IMG/VR virus record: IMGVR_UViG_3300031998_000061
Location: 6,976 to 70,975 of that record
Length of the DNA stretch: 64,000 bases
Strand: one strand, 5' to 3'
Origin: a virus
Lineage: Duplodnaviria > Caudoviricetes
Part shown: piece by piece, positions 27,007 to 36,996 of the stretch
Layout of the letters: every line of letters starts with the position of its first letter
How positions within the stretch are numbered: the first letter of the stretch is position 1
Made by a program: the position numbers and the translations under genes
The notes under the pieces: model-generated
Told to the model about the DNA's origin: nothing
What the model saw: the letters and a program-made list of their open reading frames with translations, nothing else
Databases searched by the model: none

Positions 27007-29121
27007 TTAGAATGTCATTTTTCTGACATAGCCGTTTTGAGTAAGTGAATAAAGATAACCGTTGTGTACGTGCAAATCTTCTGCTTCTCTTGCTTTCCAA
27101 ATTGTCTGCGACAAATCAACCTTAGATACTTCACAACCTTCTAACAAATCATAAACAAGTATTGCGTTTTTATGGTCTGTATTATTTCCATCGCCAAACA
27201 AACAGAACATCTGATTATTAAATATTGTACCGCCCTGTGTGAAGTCAACATCATAAGGAAGCTCCCACTGAATAAGTACATCATCTGCTGTCAAAGTAAC
27301 TGAGTTGTTTGAAAGGTCTGGAATCTTGAATCTTGTGATATAGTATCGGTTTTCATTGTCATACTGACTTTGAGAGCCGTTTGTTCTGTATTTTGCACTG
27401 AATGTATACAGATAACCGTTATCCACATCGCACAAAAAGTTCAGGTATGGATAAGGTACTTTGAACCCTTTTGAAGCAAAATCTGTATAATCTATATCGA
27501 TTGTCTGCAACAAGCTTGAGGTATAGCCGTCATTGCCGTCAGAAACAAGACGCTCAACATAGCAGCAAGAGCCTGTACCACCTGTTTCAATATCATCAAT
27601 CCAGCCTGTAACATAGAGTAATGGGAACGGATCACTGTTGTCATACTTCTTACCAAAAGTAAGACTGTTAGCATGATTGTCAGCTCCTGCACTTCCAAGA
27701 GAACCCGAAGCAATAGCAGTACCATTATTAGGGTTGTTCATATCGTACATTGCCCACATACCGCCGTTAAACAGCTGAATCCATATATCATTCCAGATAG
27801 CAAGACCTTGATATGAGCCAGCACCTGTCGGTTTCTTCAATGTCTTGTTATCCATTCCTTCTGTGCTTGTAAAGTCATGTTTTGGTAAAAGATTTATTTT
27901 TCTTCCCTCGTAGTAATATTTACCTGTAGTAGATGATGAATTACCCACAGTGCTATAGATAGAGCCGTCCATAACAACAATACCCTTGAAGTCTGGACCC
28001 ATAATCTGATTAGCACCACAAGTAAAGAATACATCGCGAGGAATAGTAAGTTGACTGTTTTCACTATGTCCACTTGGATAAGTGTCAAAACCAAATGTTA
28101 TATTTGTCATTTTAGTAGAATTAGGTTTACCAAAGGCAAAAACATTTGAAGACTCAAAGCTGAATCCGTATCTGTTTCCCGTAGATTCATTCTTTAGGAT
28201 TATATCTCTAAAGACAAAGTTTGCACACTTCGCAACACGAATATCACGTCCATTAACCGTTGCGCCCGAAGAGTTTGTAACTTGTAAATATCCTGTATAA
28301 GCGACACCACAATTCTGAATATAAATATCCGTACCTGCTCCTGTGCCTACAGATGCTACTTTCAAGAATTGAAGGAACACTTCATTGATATTGTTCAAAA
28401 CAAACTTGCCGTTTACCGTATAACTATTTGTTTCCCAATTAGAAGCCACTACATCTTTTGATTTGAAAACAATACAAGTAAAGTTTTCTACTGTAATGTC
28501 TCCTGTATAATCTGACATAAAAAGTACAGTAAAACGAGAATAGAGTGGATATTTATTTCTTAGTGCTTGAAAATCAAATATCTTAATAGGTGTTTCTTCT
28601 GTAAGACCGTCATTTTCATCAGAACCGTTTGCATAATCTACATAGATTGTCAGTTCAGTAGTTGCAAGTTCATCAAGTTTATCTAAAAAGTCAGAAGCTT
28701 TCTTTCCGCTGTCCTGCAAATCACCGCCCGATGTAAGGCTTGCAAGGTGTCCGCTTGTCGCACCGCTGACTTTTGTTGCCTTACTTGATACGTCAATTTC
28801 CCCTGCGTCTACTTCTTGGTCGTCTGTGTAAGTTACGATAAGGTGATTGCTTGCGTTTACAGCGACCGACTTAATGCCTTTTCCAGTTGCACCTGTAGCA
28901 CCAGTCTGACCGTCTGCACCGTCAACGCCGTCCATAACGTCGATTGCGTCGGTCTTCACAGTACCGTCATCGGCAGTCCACTTGAAAGTGATTCTGTTTC
29001 CGCCGGTTATCGGCGTAATTGAATCGACCGTACAGTTTTTACCTGCAAGAGTGCCTGTTATTCCGGCGATGCTGCCGTCTGTATATTTCTTTGCAATCGC
29101 AAGAAGAGCTAATATATTCAT
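27007..29121 (-). CDS. Virion fibre/appendage protein (collagen-like GXY stretch, beta-helix-like middle, propeller-like C-terminus)
   Basis: DGVDGADGQTGATGATGKG; IYVDYANGSDENDG; QGLAI/HANSL/QGGTI repeats. Confidence 0.6.
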   Translation of the reverse strand: MNILALLAIAKKYTDGSIAGITGTLAGKNCTVDSITPITGGNRITFKWTADDGTVKTDAIDVMDGVDGADGQTGATGATGKGIKSVAVNASNHLIVTYTDDQEVDAGEIDVSSKATKVSGATSGHLASLTSGGDLQDSGKKASDFLDKLDELATTELTIYVDYANGSDENDGLTEETPIKIFDFQALRNKYPLYSRFTVLFMSDYTGDITVENFTCIVFKSKDVVASNWETNSYTVNGKFVLNNINEVFLQFLKVASVGTGAGTDIYIQNCGVAYTGYLQVTNSSGATVNGRDIRVAKCANFVFRDIILKNESTGNRYGFSFESSNVFAFGKPNSTKMTNITFGFDTYPSGHSENSQLTIPRDVFFTCGANQIMGPDFKGIVVMDGSIYSTVGNSSSTTGKYYYEGRKINLLPKHDFTSTEGMDNKTLKKPTGAGSYQGLAIWNDIWIQLFNGGMWAMYDMNNPNNGTAIASGSLGSAGADNHANSLTFGKKYDNSDPFPLLYVTGWIDDIETGGTGSCCYVERLVSDGNDGYTSSLLQTIDIDYTDFASKGFKVPYPYLNFLCDVDNGYLYTFSAKYRTNGSQSQYDNENRYYITRFKIPDLSNNSVTLTADDVLIQWELPYDVDFTQGGTIFNNQMFCLFGDGNNTDHKNAILVYDLLEGCEVSKVDLSQTIWKAREAEDLHVHNGYLYSLTQNGYVRKMTF

Positions 29122-29133
29122 AACCCAGCCCCC

Positions 29134-29358
29134 TTACTGTGCATACCAAGTGCGTGATGATTTTTCGTAAATGTAAAGTTCCGCCGTATCAATGCAGTAC
29201 GCCGTTGAACCTGTTCCTATTGCGTTTACTTTAGGCAGAGAAGAAACGTCTGCTTTCAAGCCCTGAAAATCATATCTGTCGTCGTTCACTTCGACCAAGA
29301 CAAAGCTCTTCAAGTCAAGTGTCTCGCCCTGTGCCAAAGGTATAGCTGTTGATGTCAT
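29134..29358 (-). CDS. Small hypothetical virion-associated protein
   Basis: IGTGSTAYCIDTAELYIY. Confidence 0.65.
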   Translation of the reverse strand: MTSTAIPLAQGETLDLKSFVLVEVNDDRYDFQGLKADVSSLPKVNAIGTGSTAYCIDTAELYIYEKSSRTWYAQ

Positions 29359-29388
29359 AGTTAAGCTCCTTATATATAAAAAAGATTT

Positions 29389-29592
29389 TTACTTGTCTTT
29401 GTTCTTCTCGTATTCAATCCGTTCTGCAAGACATTCTGCATAACTCTGCATGTACTTTATCTGCTCCGCAAGCAGCATTTTCTGCGTCTTATCAAGCCTG
29501 TGCGGTTCTTTTTCGATTACTTTCTTAGCCCTTCTGATTTTTCCGGCTAAATCCTCGCTTTCGCGCAACATTCTTTCAACATACAGCGGCAT
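29389..29592 (-). CDS. Small helical phage protein (crAss001_48-like)
   Basis: YVERM..E..DL..KI...LLAEQIKYMQSYAECLAERI. Confidence 0.6.
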   Translation of the reverse strand: MPLYVERMLRESEDLAGKIRRAKKVIEKEPHRLDKTQKMLLAEQIKYMQSYAECLAERIEYEKNKDK

Positions 29593-29703
29593 TTTTCTAT
29601 TCCTCTGAATTATGCAAAAATAAAATACGGTTTCCGCTTGTTTTACTTTTAGGCGGAAAAGTAAAATAACGCCTTTATCCCTTCATAGGCTTTGCAACCG
29701 TGC

Positions 29704-29895
29704 TTATACAGTAACAAGCGCAACCTTGCCGTTTGAATCAATCTGCAAAGTCTTGCCGTCGTCTGTGTCTGTAGCAGCAAGAACAGCCGCAAATTTTGCT
29801 TCAAGAGCCGCAAGCCGTGCTTCTACGCCGCTGTCAAGCTCTTCTGCCAGTTTCTTGCCATAAGGGCAGCCCTTTTTCATTTTAGATAAATCCAT
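29704..29895 (-). CDS. Hypothetical protein (63 aa)
   Basis: SD and operon position. Confidence 0.6.
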   Translation of the reverse strand: MDLSKMKKGCPYGKKLAEELDSGVEARLAALEAKFAAVLAATDTDDGKTLQIDSNGKVALVTV

Positions 29896-29939
29896 AACAA
29901 CACCCCTTAAATATTTTTACCGCCTTACAAGCGGATAAA

Positions 29940-31070
29940 TCACAATGAGCCGATAACCATATTTGTGAACTTGAACCTGTTGTTTTTAATATAAAGGTCT
30001 ATATCGTCTTTGTACTCTTTAATACGTGCACCGAAGTAGGCAGATGTAGCACTTTGTGTAGAGCTGAATGATTCAGAAAGACCGTCCATAGAAAGAGAAG
30101 AGCTTGAAAAGCCCGACATAAGACCGTCACCGATGATGTTCAAGAGACTTACAGCCGCCATTTTGGCTATAATCTGCCTTAAATCCTTCGGCACATCGTC
30201 ACTTGTTTCAAATCCTGCGTCATAGTCGATTGCATAGAAAAGCTGTGACTGCAAGGTCTGGTTTCCGTAAATACTTACGGCTGTATGAATCATGCTTGAG
30301 CGGTCGTCTGGTCTTATCGGGCGTTCCATCAGCTTGAGAACGCCTTTTTCCTTGTCAACGATTGTTGTAGACGTTATATCCCTTACGCCCTGCATTCTTG
30401 TGAGCAGTTCCAGTTTATGAAGCTTTATAATTGGTTTCTGCCTTGTCTTGATAAGACCGTATCTTGAGATTCTTGAAAACTTAAAGTCATAAACCGCTTC
30501 GTCAACGTCATAGTCTTTGCCTTTTTCAAGTTTCCTGTCTTTTGCATTGCAGCGGATTTTCCGCTTCTTAATCGTAATATCAAGCCGCCGTTCAATTTCT
30601 TCAACGCTTGCATCGATAAAGTATTGTATCTGCTCGTCAGTGTATGACTGTCCGTTTGTCGCCTTAAAATCAGTTCCCCAAAGATATGTAAAGCGCATAT
30701 CATCGGGCGTTACGATTGTTCCCCACTGACCGTCAGGAACTTTATAATTGTTGAATGTATATCCAATCGCCTTATCGCCGCCGTTCCTTACCCAGTTTGA
30801 GTAAATATAGTCAGTTTCGGCAGGTTCAACCGCTTCAAAATCAACGTAGCGGTATGAATAAAGCTTATTGCTTTCGAGATTAAAATTGTCAAGAATATCG
30901 CCGTTTACGGCTACTGGTGGATGTTCAATATCAGGAACACAGAAGCCGCTTTCGGTGTAAACTAAATATGTTTCATCATCGTAGCTACGCCGTTCCAGTC
31001 TGTAACCTGTATGAGCTGCGTCGTCTATGGTGATTACTATTCTGTTGTTAACCGAATATGCGGCTATCAT
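29940..31070 (-). CDS. Head-tail adaptor/neck protein
   Basis: IDYDAGF...VPKDL, SSSSLSMDGLSESFS. Confidence 0.7.
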   Translation of the reverse strand: MIAAYSVNNRIVITIDDAAHTGYRLERRSYDDETYLVYTESGFCVPDIEHPPVAVNGDILDNFNLESNKLYSYRYVDFEAVEPAETDYIYSNWVRNGGDKAIGYTFNNYKVPDGQWGTIVTPDDMRFTYLWGTDFKATNGQSYTDEQIQYFIDASVEEIERRLDITIKKRKIRCNAKDRKLEKGKDYDVDEAVYDFKFSRISRYGLIKTRQKPIIKLHKLELLTRMQGVRDITSTTIVDKEKGVLKLMERPIRPDDRSSMIHTAVSIYGNQTLQSQLFYAIDYDAGFETSDDVPKDLRQIIAKMAAVSLLNIIGDGLMSGFSSSSLSMDGLSESFSSTQSATSAYFGARIKEYKDDIDLYIKNNRFKFTNMVIGSL

Positions 31071-31087
31071 TCTGCGCCCTCTTAATT

Positions 31088-31465
31088 TTATTTGAATTCA
31101 AAGCCGGGAATCTGCTGAAAATGCAGTGCGTCTTCGAGCTTGACTTTGGCAATGCCGTTTTCGTCAAACTTTACGATGTCGCCTGTAGTTCCATATACAG
31201 CTTTTCCGGCGCGTTTTTTAGAAATAACAGTAACAAGACCGTCTTCAACCTTAAAAGGCAAGCCGTTCAAGCCGTCTGTTTTTCCGCTTTCTGTATTTTT
31301 GACAGTCTTTTCCACTGGTGTTTCTGTCTTTTCAACAGCCTTTTCTTCTGTTGTAGTTTCAACAGCATTTTCCACTGGTGTTTCTGTCTTTTTGGCTGCC
31401 GCCTTTGGAGCAGCAGCCTTAGACTTTGCAACACCTATGTTCGATTTCTTAGATGTTGCAGCCAT
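31088..31465 (-). CDS. Hypothetical protein following the major capsid gene
   Basis: Low-complexity N-terminus, compact C-terminal domain. Confidence 0.65.
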   Translation of the reverse strand: MAATSKKSNIGVAKSKAAAPKAAAKKTETPVENAVETTTEEKAVEKTETPVEKTVKNTESGKTDGLNGLPFKVEDGLVTVISKKRAGKAVYGTTGDIVKFDENGIAKVKLEDALHFQQIPGFEFK

Positions 31466-31466
31466 G

Positions 31467-32873
31467 TTAGTACAAGCCTCCGCTGTAAGAGATGTTCTTT
31501 ACAAGACCGAGGTGTTTAGCCGCGCGGACTTCAAGAGCACCGTACATCATTACGAGGAATGGTGTTTCCGCCTTGTCAACAGGAGCAAGCGGGAATGTGC
31601 ATACAGGGAGAAGCTGAGCGAATGTATAAACATTCTGCATTCTCTTCTTAGGCAGGAAGATCATTGAAGCTGTACCAGGCAGTTCTTCGTTCTTGTCTGC
31701 ATAAGTTGTAGTAGCGTCACCGCTGTTTGCAACCTTGTCCATTTCCATAACGGTTGTTTCGTCTTTCTTTGAACGGCAGATGATGAAGCCTGTTGCGGCA
31801 TTGCCAGAGCCAGGAGTGATTGTCAAAGTGACAACGTTTCCGGCTGCAACTGTAACAGCTGCGGCAAGTGATGTACCTGCTGAAATACCGTACTGGTTTA
31901 CGGCGTGTACAGTGTACATATAGTCACCTGCATCGGCGGCAACAAACTTTGAACCTGTTCCGGCAGCTGCGTTTGCAGTTACGCTTGCAGGAGCGGCAGG
32001 ACGTTTTGTTGCGTCACCTTCGGCAGCAACAGTACCCTTTACTTCAAAGAGCATATCGTCACCGGCATCTTCACCGCTGAGAGCAATCTTTGCACCGACA
32101 GCAGTGTCGTAGTCAGGAATTGACTTGAAAGAAAGGTTCGGGAGAGGCATGTTCATAACATAACGAGCCTTGTCTGCGAACATTTCCTTAATGTCTTTTG
32201 CAAGGGCAACAGGGAAGAATGCTTTTTCCAGGAATCCGCCCTTACCGCGTACCATAGCGGCGATTTCATCAAAGATTCTTTCACCGTAAGAACCGAGTGA
32301 AGCACCATTGAGGTTGATGATGTTCTGGTCTGCTGCGCTTGCTTTCTTGATAGAAGCAAGGAAACCGTCAAACTCTGTAGGAACTACATCAGAATCACCG
32401 TGGAAGCACTGGAATTCAGAAGCCTTGATGATTGTTTCAACACCAGAGAGCTTTTCAGAAGCAAGTGCACCTTCAAAAGTTTCAGACGCTTCCATCTGCT
32501 TTGTTACAGAACGGCGTGTCTGAAGGTACTTAATCATAAAAGATTTACGGTTAAGTGCCTGGTCTGTTCCGATTGAAGAACCACCTTCTGCTACAGACAG
32601 GTGTCTGTAATCACCGTGAGAAGTTCGCAAGTTTACTTCGTGTACGGTTGAACGTACAGGAGTTTTCTTTACGGAATTCACAATCTTGCAGTCTTCTTTG
32701 AGTTCTGCAACAACATTGATAACCTCTGCTTCGAGGTTTTCAGGAATCAACGCACGACCGCCGGTAAACTGAGATGAATCAGTTCCGTAACCAGCCTGCA
32801 ATGCTTTCTGCAAATCGTTGACTTCCTGCGAACTCATTTCGCCGGAAGAAACGTTATCAAAATAACCGCCCAT
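31467..32873 (-). CDS. Major capsid protein
   Basis: LQKALQAGYGTD...GGRALIPENLE, EFQCFHGDS..VPTEFDG. Confidence 0.9.
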   Translation of the reverse strand: MGGYFDNVSSGEMSSQEVNDLQKALQAGYGTDSSQFTGGRALIPENLEAEVINVVAELKEDCKIVNSVKKTPVRSTVHEVNLRTSHGDYRHLSVAEGGSSIGTDQALNRKSFMIKYLQTRRSVTKQMEASETFEGALASEKLSGVETIIKASEFQCFHGDSDVVPTEFDGFLASIKKASAADQNIINLNGASLGSYGERIFDEIAAMVRGKGGFLEKAFFPVALAKDIKEMFADKARYVMNMPLPNLSFKSIPDYDTAVGAKIALSGEDAGDDMLFEVKGTVAAEGDATKRPAAPASVTANAAAGTGSKFVAADAGDYMYTVHAVNQYGISAGTSLAAAVTVAAGNVVTLTITPGSGNAATGFIICRSKKDETTVMEMDKVANSGDATTTYADKNEELPGTASMIFLPKKRMQNVYTFAQLLPVCTFPLAPVDKAETPFLVMMYGALEVRAAKHLGLVKNISYSGGLY

Positions 32874-34363
32874 TAGTTAGCCTCCTTCGCAAGTTCTTTC
32901 TGCAAGAACTCGTAATAATCTTTGCGCATTGGTTTTCCGGTGTACATGCACTTCTGCATATCAGAAGAAATCATGCTTGACTTCACCATGTCCAAACGTC
33001 CTTCTTTGACAGCCTTAGCAAGAACGCACTGCGCCCTGTAAAGGTCGTCTTCGGTTGGTCTCTGTGATGTGCCGGGCTGTGCAGCAGCCTGTGTGCCGTC
33101 AAGACTTTTTGACATCACCGATTTCGGCGGCAGCTTTTCATTGCCGATTGCAGTCAAAGCCTGTGCAATGCTCGTAAGAGCTTCGCCCAAGTCGTCAATA
33201 CGCTTGTTTGTATCGACAATGGACTTCTGCATAAGCGTAAGGTCTGCGTCGAGAGCCTTGAGAATTTCGCCGCCTTCAACCATTTCGTCGTCATCTTTTT
33301 CAGCAGATTCCGGCTTTTTGTCTTTCTCTTCGCCTTCGTCTTTTTCGCCGCCGTCCTTTTCGTCCGGCTCTTCGATAACGAGTTTCTCTTCTTCTTTAAG
33401 CTCTGCGTCAGGAAGTTCGGCTTTATTGCATTTCTTTTCCGATTCTCCGCCTGTGAGAGACTTCAAGATAGCGGAAACCGCACTGGAAAATGATTTGCTC
33501 ATCATTTGTCCCCCTTCTTGTATAATATCCGAGGTAATCTCCCCGGCTTTTTCCTTGTCAATTCCGTTTGCCACAAGGTAGTCGATTGCGTCTTTCTCGT
33601 TCTCAATGCGCCTTTTCTTCAAAAGGTCTACCAAGTCGGCAATAACGGCTTTTTCGTCTTTTTTTGTTGCTGATTTTTCCGTTGCGTCGATTGTTTTTGT
33701 ACCAACGTCTTCAGGAATGAGTGTTTCACCGCCGGTTTTAGCCGCTGAATCAGTGTTATATCCGGCGCAAAGTGATTTCTTTACTTCAAGAGGCAAGGCG
33801 CGGACGAATTCAGCAGCCGTCATGCTCTTTGCAAAGTTTGCATAACCGACTGTATTGTTTACAGGCGCGGTAGTAAGTGCCAAATCATTCCAAAGCACAT
33901 GAGTGATTGTCTCAATGCCTGTTTTCGCGTCCTTAATAATCTGCGGAAAAATGCCGCCTACGCTCGCACGAACCCTTGTTGAACCGGCTTTGAGCAGGTC
34001 TATAATGTCCTTTGCCTTTTCTTTGGTCTTGTAGAGCTTGCCTTTTACGATTGTTTTCTTCTGCTTTTCATCAAAACGCACGTCAACCGGCTCGCCGATA
34101 ACCATTGAATCATCAATTATCACATTGCCGTCTTCGTCCTTGCGTCTGTGCTGATGATCAAGCGAAATAACGCCGCCGCGCAAGAATTCGTCTTTCGATT
34201 CCATGAGCGCACGCTGCAAGACAATCTGGTCTTGCAAATCCACATTTTCATTGCTTGCTTCAACTTCAAAATAATAGTTTCCGAATTCGTCAGTCTGTTC
34301 TTCAATAGACTTGCGGATTGTCAGCTCCAAAAAAACTTCATTGTGTTTGTCTGTTCCTGTCAT
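32873..34363 (-). CDS. Prohead protease with C-terminal scaffold (likely start 34363; ORF track opens at 34396)
   Basis: EASNENVDLQDQIV, ISLDHQH, RASVGG, LALTTAPVN; acidic low-complexity tail. Confidence 0.85.
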   Translation of the reverse strand: MTGTDKHNEVFLELTIRKSIEEQTDEFGNYYFEVEASNENVDLQDQIVLQRALMESKDEFLRGGVISLDHQHRRKDEDGNVIIDDSMVIGEPVDVRFDEKQKKTIVKGKLYKTKEKAKDIIDLLKAGSTRVRASVGGIFPQIIKDAKTGIETITHVLWNDLALTTAPVNNTVGYANFAKSMTAAEFVRALPLEVKKSLCAGYNTDSAAKTGGETLIPEDVGTKTIDATEKSATKKDEKAVIADLVDLLKKRRIENEKDAIDYLVANGIDKEKAGEITSDIIQEGGQMMSKSFSSAVSAILKSLTGGESEKKCNKAELPDAELKEEEKLVIEEPDEKDGGEKDEGEEKDKKPESAEKDDDEMVEGGEILKALDADLTLMQKSIVDTNKRIDDLGEALTSIAQALTAIGNEKLPPKSVMSKSLDGTQAAAQPGTSQRPTEDDLYRAQCVLAKAVKEGRLDMVKSSMISSDMQKCMYTGKPMRKDYYEFLQKELAKEAN

Positions 34364-34377
34364 ATCCACTCCAAAAC

Positions 34378-34417
34378 AAAAAAAAAGGGCAGCCATTACC
34401 GTAGTAACGACTGCCCT
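34378..34417 (-). terminator. Intrinsic terminator just upstream of the protease/capsid operon
   Basis: AGGGCAGTCGTTAC/GTAATGGCTGCCCT stem plus U9. Confidence 0.75.
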
Positions 34418-34472
34418 GTAGGGTCAAATCTTAATAAAATTGCTAATAATATGTGTCAGTGTTCCGTCTGCA

Positions 34473-34742
34473 TTAAGGGTCGGGCAGAACAGGCACTTCC
34501 CATGCAAGTATCTTTTCTTTCAGTTCTTCATATAAAGCAGTTATTTCAGCTGTTTTATCTTTACACCAGTTATAGTAAAGCTCAAGCTCTTCAAGTGCAA
34601 AAGCCTTGTTAATCTGCTTGTACCTCAACAACGAATAAATGTCTTTAAGCTGTATTTCCGGGTTATCATAAAAGAAATCCGGCGTATACATACACATTTG
34701 TTCAAAGTTGTTGGTGGTGACTTCGTGAATTTCTCCGTCCAT
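34473..34742 (-). CDS. Hypothetical protein (89 aa)
   Basis: Follows the XRE gene. Confidence 0.6.
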   Translation of the reverse strand: MDGEIHEVTTNNFEQMCMYTPDFFYDNPEIQLKDIYSLLRYKQINKAFALEELELYYNWCKDKTAEITALYEELKEKILAWEVPVLPDP

Positions 34743-34786
34743 AATTTTATGCTATATGAATACTTTTGTGTTTGTCAATAAACCGA

Positions 34787-35002
34787 TTAAGCTAAAGATT
34801 TACCGCTTTCCTTATCCAGAAATTTTATCTCCAAATCACAGTCAAGAGCTTTCGCTATAATCTCCAAATCATCTGTTGAGAAATTATTGCGCTGCATCTT
34901 ATGGTTAAGATTCGCCGGTGAGGTGTTCATCTTACGCGCAAGCTCCGCATTTGAAATTTTCCGTCTGACACAACAAACATTTATTATCTCTTTCATATCC
35001 AT
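34787..35002 (-). CDS. XRE-family HTH regulator
   Basis: ISNAELARKMNTSPANLNHKMQRNNFSTDDLEIIAKALDC. Confidence 0.88.
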   Translation of the reverse strand: MDMKEIINVCCVRRKISNAELARKMNTSPANLNHKMQRNNFSTDDLEIIAKALDCDLEIKFLDKESGKSLA

Positions 35003-35035
35003 TTGTCAATCCCGTATATTGTGTATATTTTACAC

Positions 35036-35071
35036 TTGATATTGTATACTTATTGATATATAATATCAATA
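35036..35071 (+). promoter_or_regulatory. Divergent promoter with a palindromic operator over the -10 box
   Basis: TTGATA-17-TATAAT (35036-35064); inverted repeat TATTGATAT-ata-ATATCAATA (35051-35071). Confidence 0.7.
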
Positions 35072-35421
35072 AAGCTGATTTAGCAGCCGGTTATATAATC
35101 GGCATGTTTTCAGAGAATTTTATGTCAGTTCCTATAAATATTAACGATGATATACACCAAAAGATTATCTCATTATTAAAAAGCGGCTGGGTGTCATGTC
35201 AGGAAATCCGCCGTATATTGGGCGAAGTATCTCCCATAGTGCTGACAAATCACATCAATACAATTTCGACTAAATATACGGTGTCAGAACGTATGGGGGT
35301 CTACGGCATTGAATATAAAATTCTGACAAAAGAGGATTATGAAATGTACGAACAAAGACGGCAGCTGAAAATGAAACTAGGCATTAAAGAAAAAGCTGTA
35401 CATGGTACAGCTAAAAAATAA
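35053..35421 (+). CDS. Hypothetical wHTH-like protein (true start probably further downstream)
   Basis: KIISLLKSGWVSCQEIRRIL; the annotated start falls inside the promoter. Confidence 0.55.
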   Translation: MIYNINKADLAAGYIIGMFSENFMSVPININDDIHQKIISLLKSGWVSCQEIRRILGEVSPIVLTNHINTISTKYTVSERMGVYGIEYKILTKEDYEMYEQRRQLKMKLGIKEKAVHGTAKK

Positions 35422-35638
35422 ACAGGGAGGAAAGTCAGAAATGAATATCAAGGACTTTTTCAAGCAGAAGTGGGTTAAATACACGGCTTGGGCTATGGTT
35501 GCAGTCGGTCTTATCGTGCTTCTTTTAGGCGGCATGACAGAAGCCGAAATCAGCAGCGGCGTTAAAATGCTCTTTGTCGCAATCGCCGCAATCGGTGCAG
35601 CTGTTGCTTTCATCACCGGCGAAACACAAAAAAAGTAG
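35402..35638 (+). CDS. Small two-TM membrane protein (likely start 35441)
   Basis: Two hydrophobic helices; GGAGG SD. Confidence 0.7.
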   Translation: MVQLKNKQGGKSEMNIKDFFKQKWVKYTAWAMVAVGLIVLLLGGMTEAEISSGVKMLFVAIAAIGAAVAFITGETQKK

Positions 35639-35666
35639 CTTAAAAAATTAAGGGCTTTTGCCCTGT

Positions 35667-35722
35667 GCAGGTGTATTCCCATCAGGATAACGGTAATGAA
35701 GGTTCAAGTCCTTTCACCTGCA
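35667..35722 (+). ncRNA. 56-nt tRNA-like element (acceptor stem and T-arm only)
   Basis: GCAGGTG/CACCTGC stem; GAAGG-TTCAAGT-CCTTT T-arm; too short for D and anticodon arms. Confidence 0.5.
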
Positions 35723-35744
35723 AGACTGGAGAAACGGAGCTTAA

Positions 35745-36260
35745 ATGAACAATTTCAACAAAGACGATGGCGGAAAATTAAGATGGTCTCTCTTGCCGTT
35801 TGAACTTATGGAAGACGTTATAAAAGTGCTCATGAACGGCGCAAAAAAATACGGCGACGACAACTGGAAAAAATGTGACGACACAAAACGTTATGTTGAC
35901 GCGCTTATGCGACATGTAACCGCATACACCAAAGGGCAGAAGAACGACACAGGAAAAGGCGGCGACGGCTTGCCGCACCTTGCTCATGCTATCTGCAACT
36001 GCCTTTTTCTTATGCACTTTGACAAGGAAATTCCGCACGATAAAAGAACGGCAAAAGACATAGGATATTTTGAATATACGGTAAATCAGCTTATAGAAGA
36101 AAGAAACGCATTGCAGAAAAAGCTCGAAAACTTACAAAAAAAAGAGAAAAAGCAGACAAAATGCCTTGTCTGCGACGGAACAGGCATCAGAACAAGCCCT
36201 TTTACTGCAATAAAAACCGTCTGCCATGCTTGCAAAGGCAAGGGAATCAGACACCAATAA
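35745..36260 (+). CDS. dATP/dGTP diphosphohydrolase-like protein (DUF5664) with C-terminal CxxCxGxG zinc finger
   Basis: KDDGGKLRWSLLP...GAKKYGDDNW...ALMRH...GLPHLAHAICNCLFL; CLVCDGTG/CHACKGKG. Confidence 0.85.
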   Translation: MNNFNKDDGGKLRWSLLPFELMEDVIKVLMNGAKKYGDDNWKKCDDTKRYVDALMRHVTAYTKGQKNDTGKGGDGLPHLAHAICNCLFLMHFDKEIPHDKRTAKDIGYFEYTVNQLIEERNALQKKLENLQKKEKKQTKCLVCDGTGIRTSPFTAIKTVCHACKGKGIRHQ

Positions 36261-36420
36261 CCAGGTATCAGCCGCCGTTGACGGTTGTTATACACCCTTG
36301 TCCGTATGGATGAGGTTAGTCTTTTTTTTACTTTTATATCATATATCTTAATTTTGGAAATGAACTCAAGCTGTCCACAGCAGCCGCTGACTTTGCAAAA
36401 GAAACCTCTCTCCATCTTTC

Positions 36421-36996
36421 TTGAGCAAAGCGAAACAGCACGGTCAAAAGAACATTGAATTCGTAGATGTTCTTCTTGACCATGTGTTCCTTATTCCAGA
36501 CAAGAAGGTGATTATGATCTCGAAAGAGTTTGAAGAATGGAAAGCCGACCATGCGCAAGAAATAGAAGAGCTTGCAGATTATTTTATGGCGCATGATACG
36601 GAAAAGTATTTCACCGGCGACAAATACAACGAAGCATATAAAAAAATAGAAGACCTGTGTGCATCAGCCGTAGTTTACGGCACTATGGCAGACAATGAAC
36701 CATTCTGCAAGGAAATTAAAAAGCCGGAAGAAACATTCCTTTATGATTCAGTCAAAATCATCTTGCAGACATCATTCAGCAGCAAAAAGATTTATCACTA
36801 TTACGTCATTGACCAGTACAGCACCGAAGACGAGCCGAGCACTTTAGGCGGCTTGCAGCAGATGATTGAAAAGAAATATGGTCACATCAGATATTGTACG
36901 GTTGTATCTGAATCTGGATTGGAAGGAGACATTTTCAGATACGGCAACCACGGCAATTTTTGGGAAAGAACTGGCAAGACTTGCGGCTACGCATAG
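36421..36996 (+). CDS. Hypothetical protein (true start uncertain)
   Basis: Long ORF in the plus-strand operon. Confidence 0.65.
   Translation: MSKAKQHGQKNIEFVDVLLDHVFLIPDKKVIMISKEFEEWKADHAQEIEELADYFMAHDTEKYFTGDKYNEAYKKIEDLCASAVVYGTMADNEPFCKEIKKPEETFLYDSVKIILQTSFSSKKIYHYYVIDQYSTEDEPSTLGGLQQMIEKKYGHIRYCTVVSESGLEGDIFRYGNHGNFWERTGKTCGYA

Noticed and set aside
27007-29121. Second DGR target in the other fibre gene or elsewhere
   Set aside because: No further TR-like copy seen by eye; a BLASTN of the TR against the full genome would settle it
35667-35722. Functional tRNA gene
   Set aside because: 56 nt with no proper D or anticodon arm; kept only as a tRNA-like element
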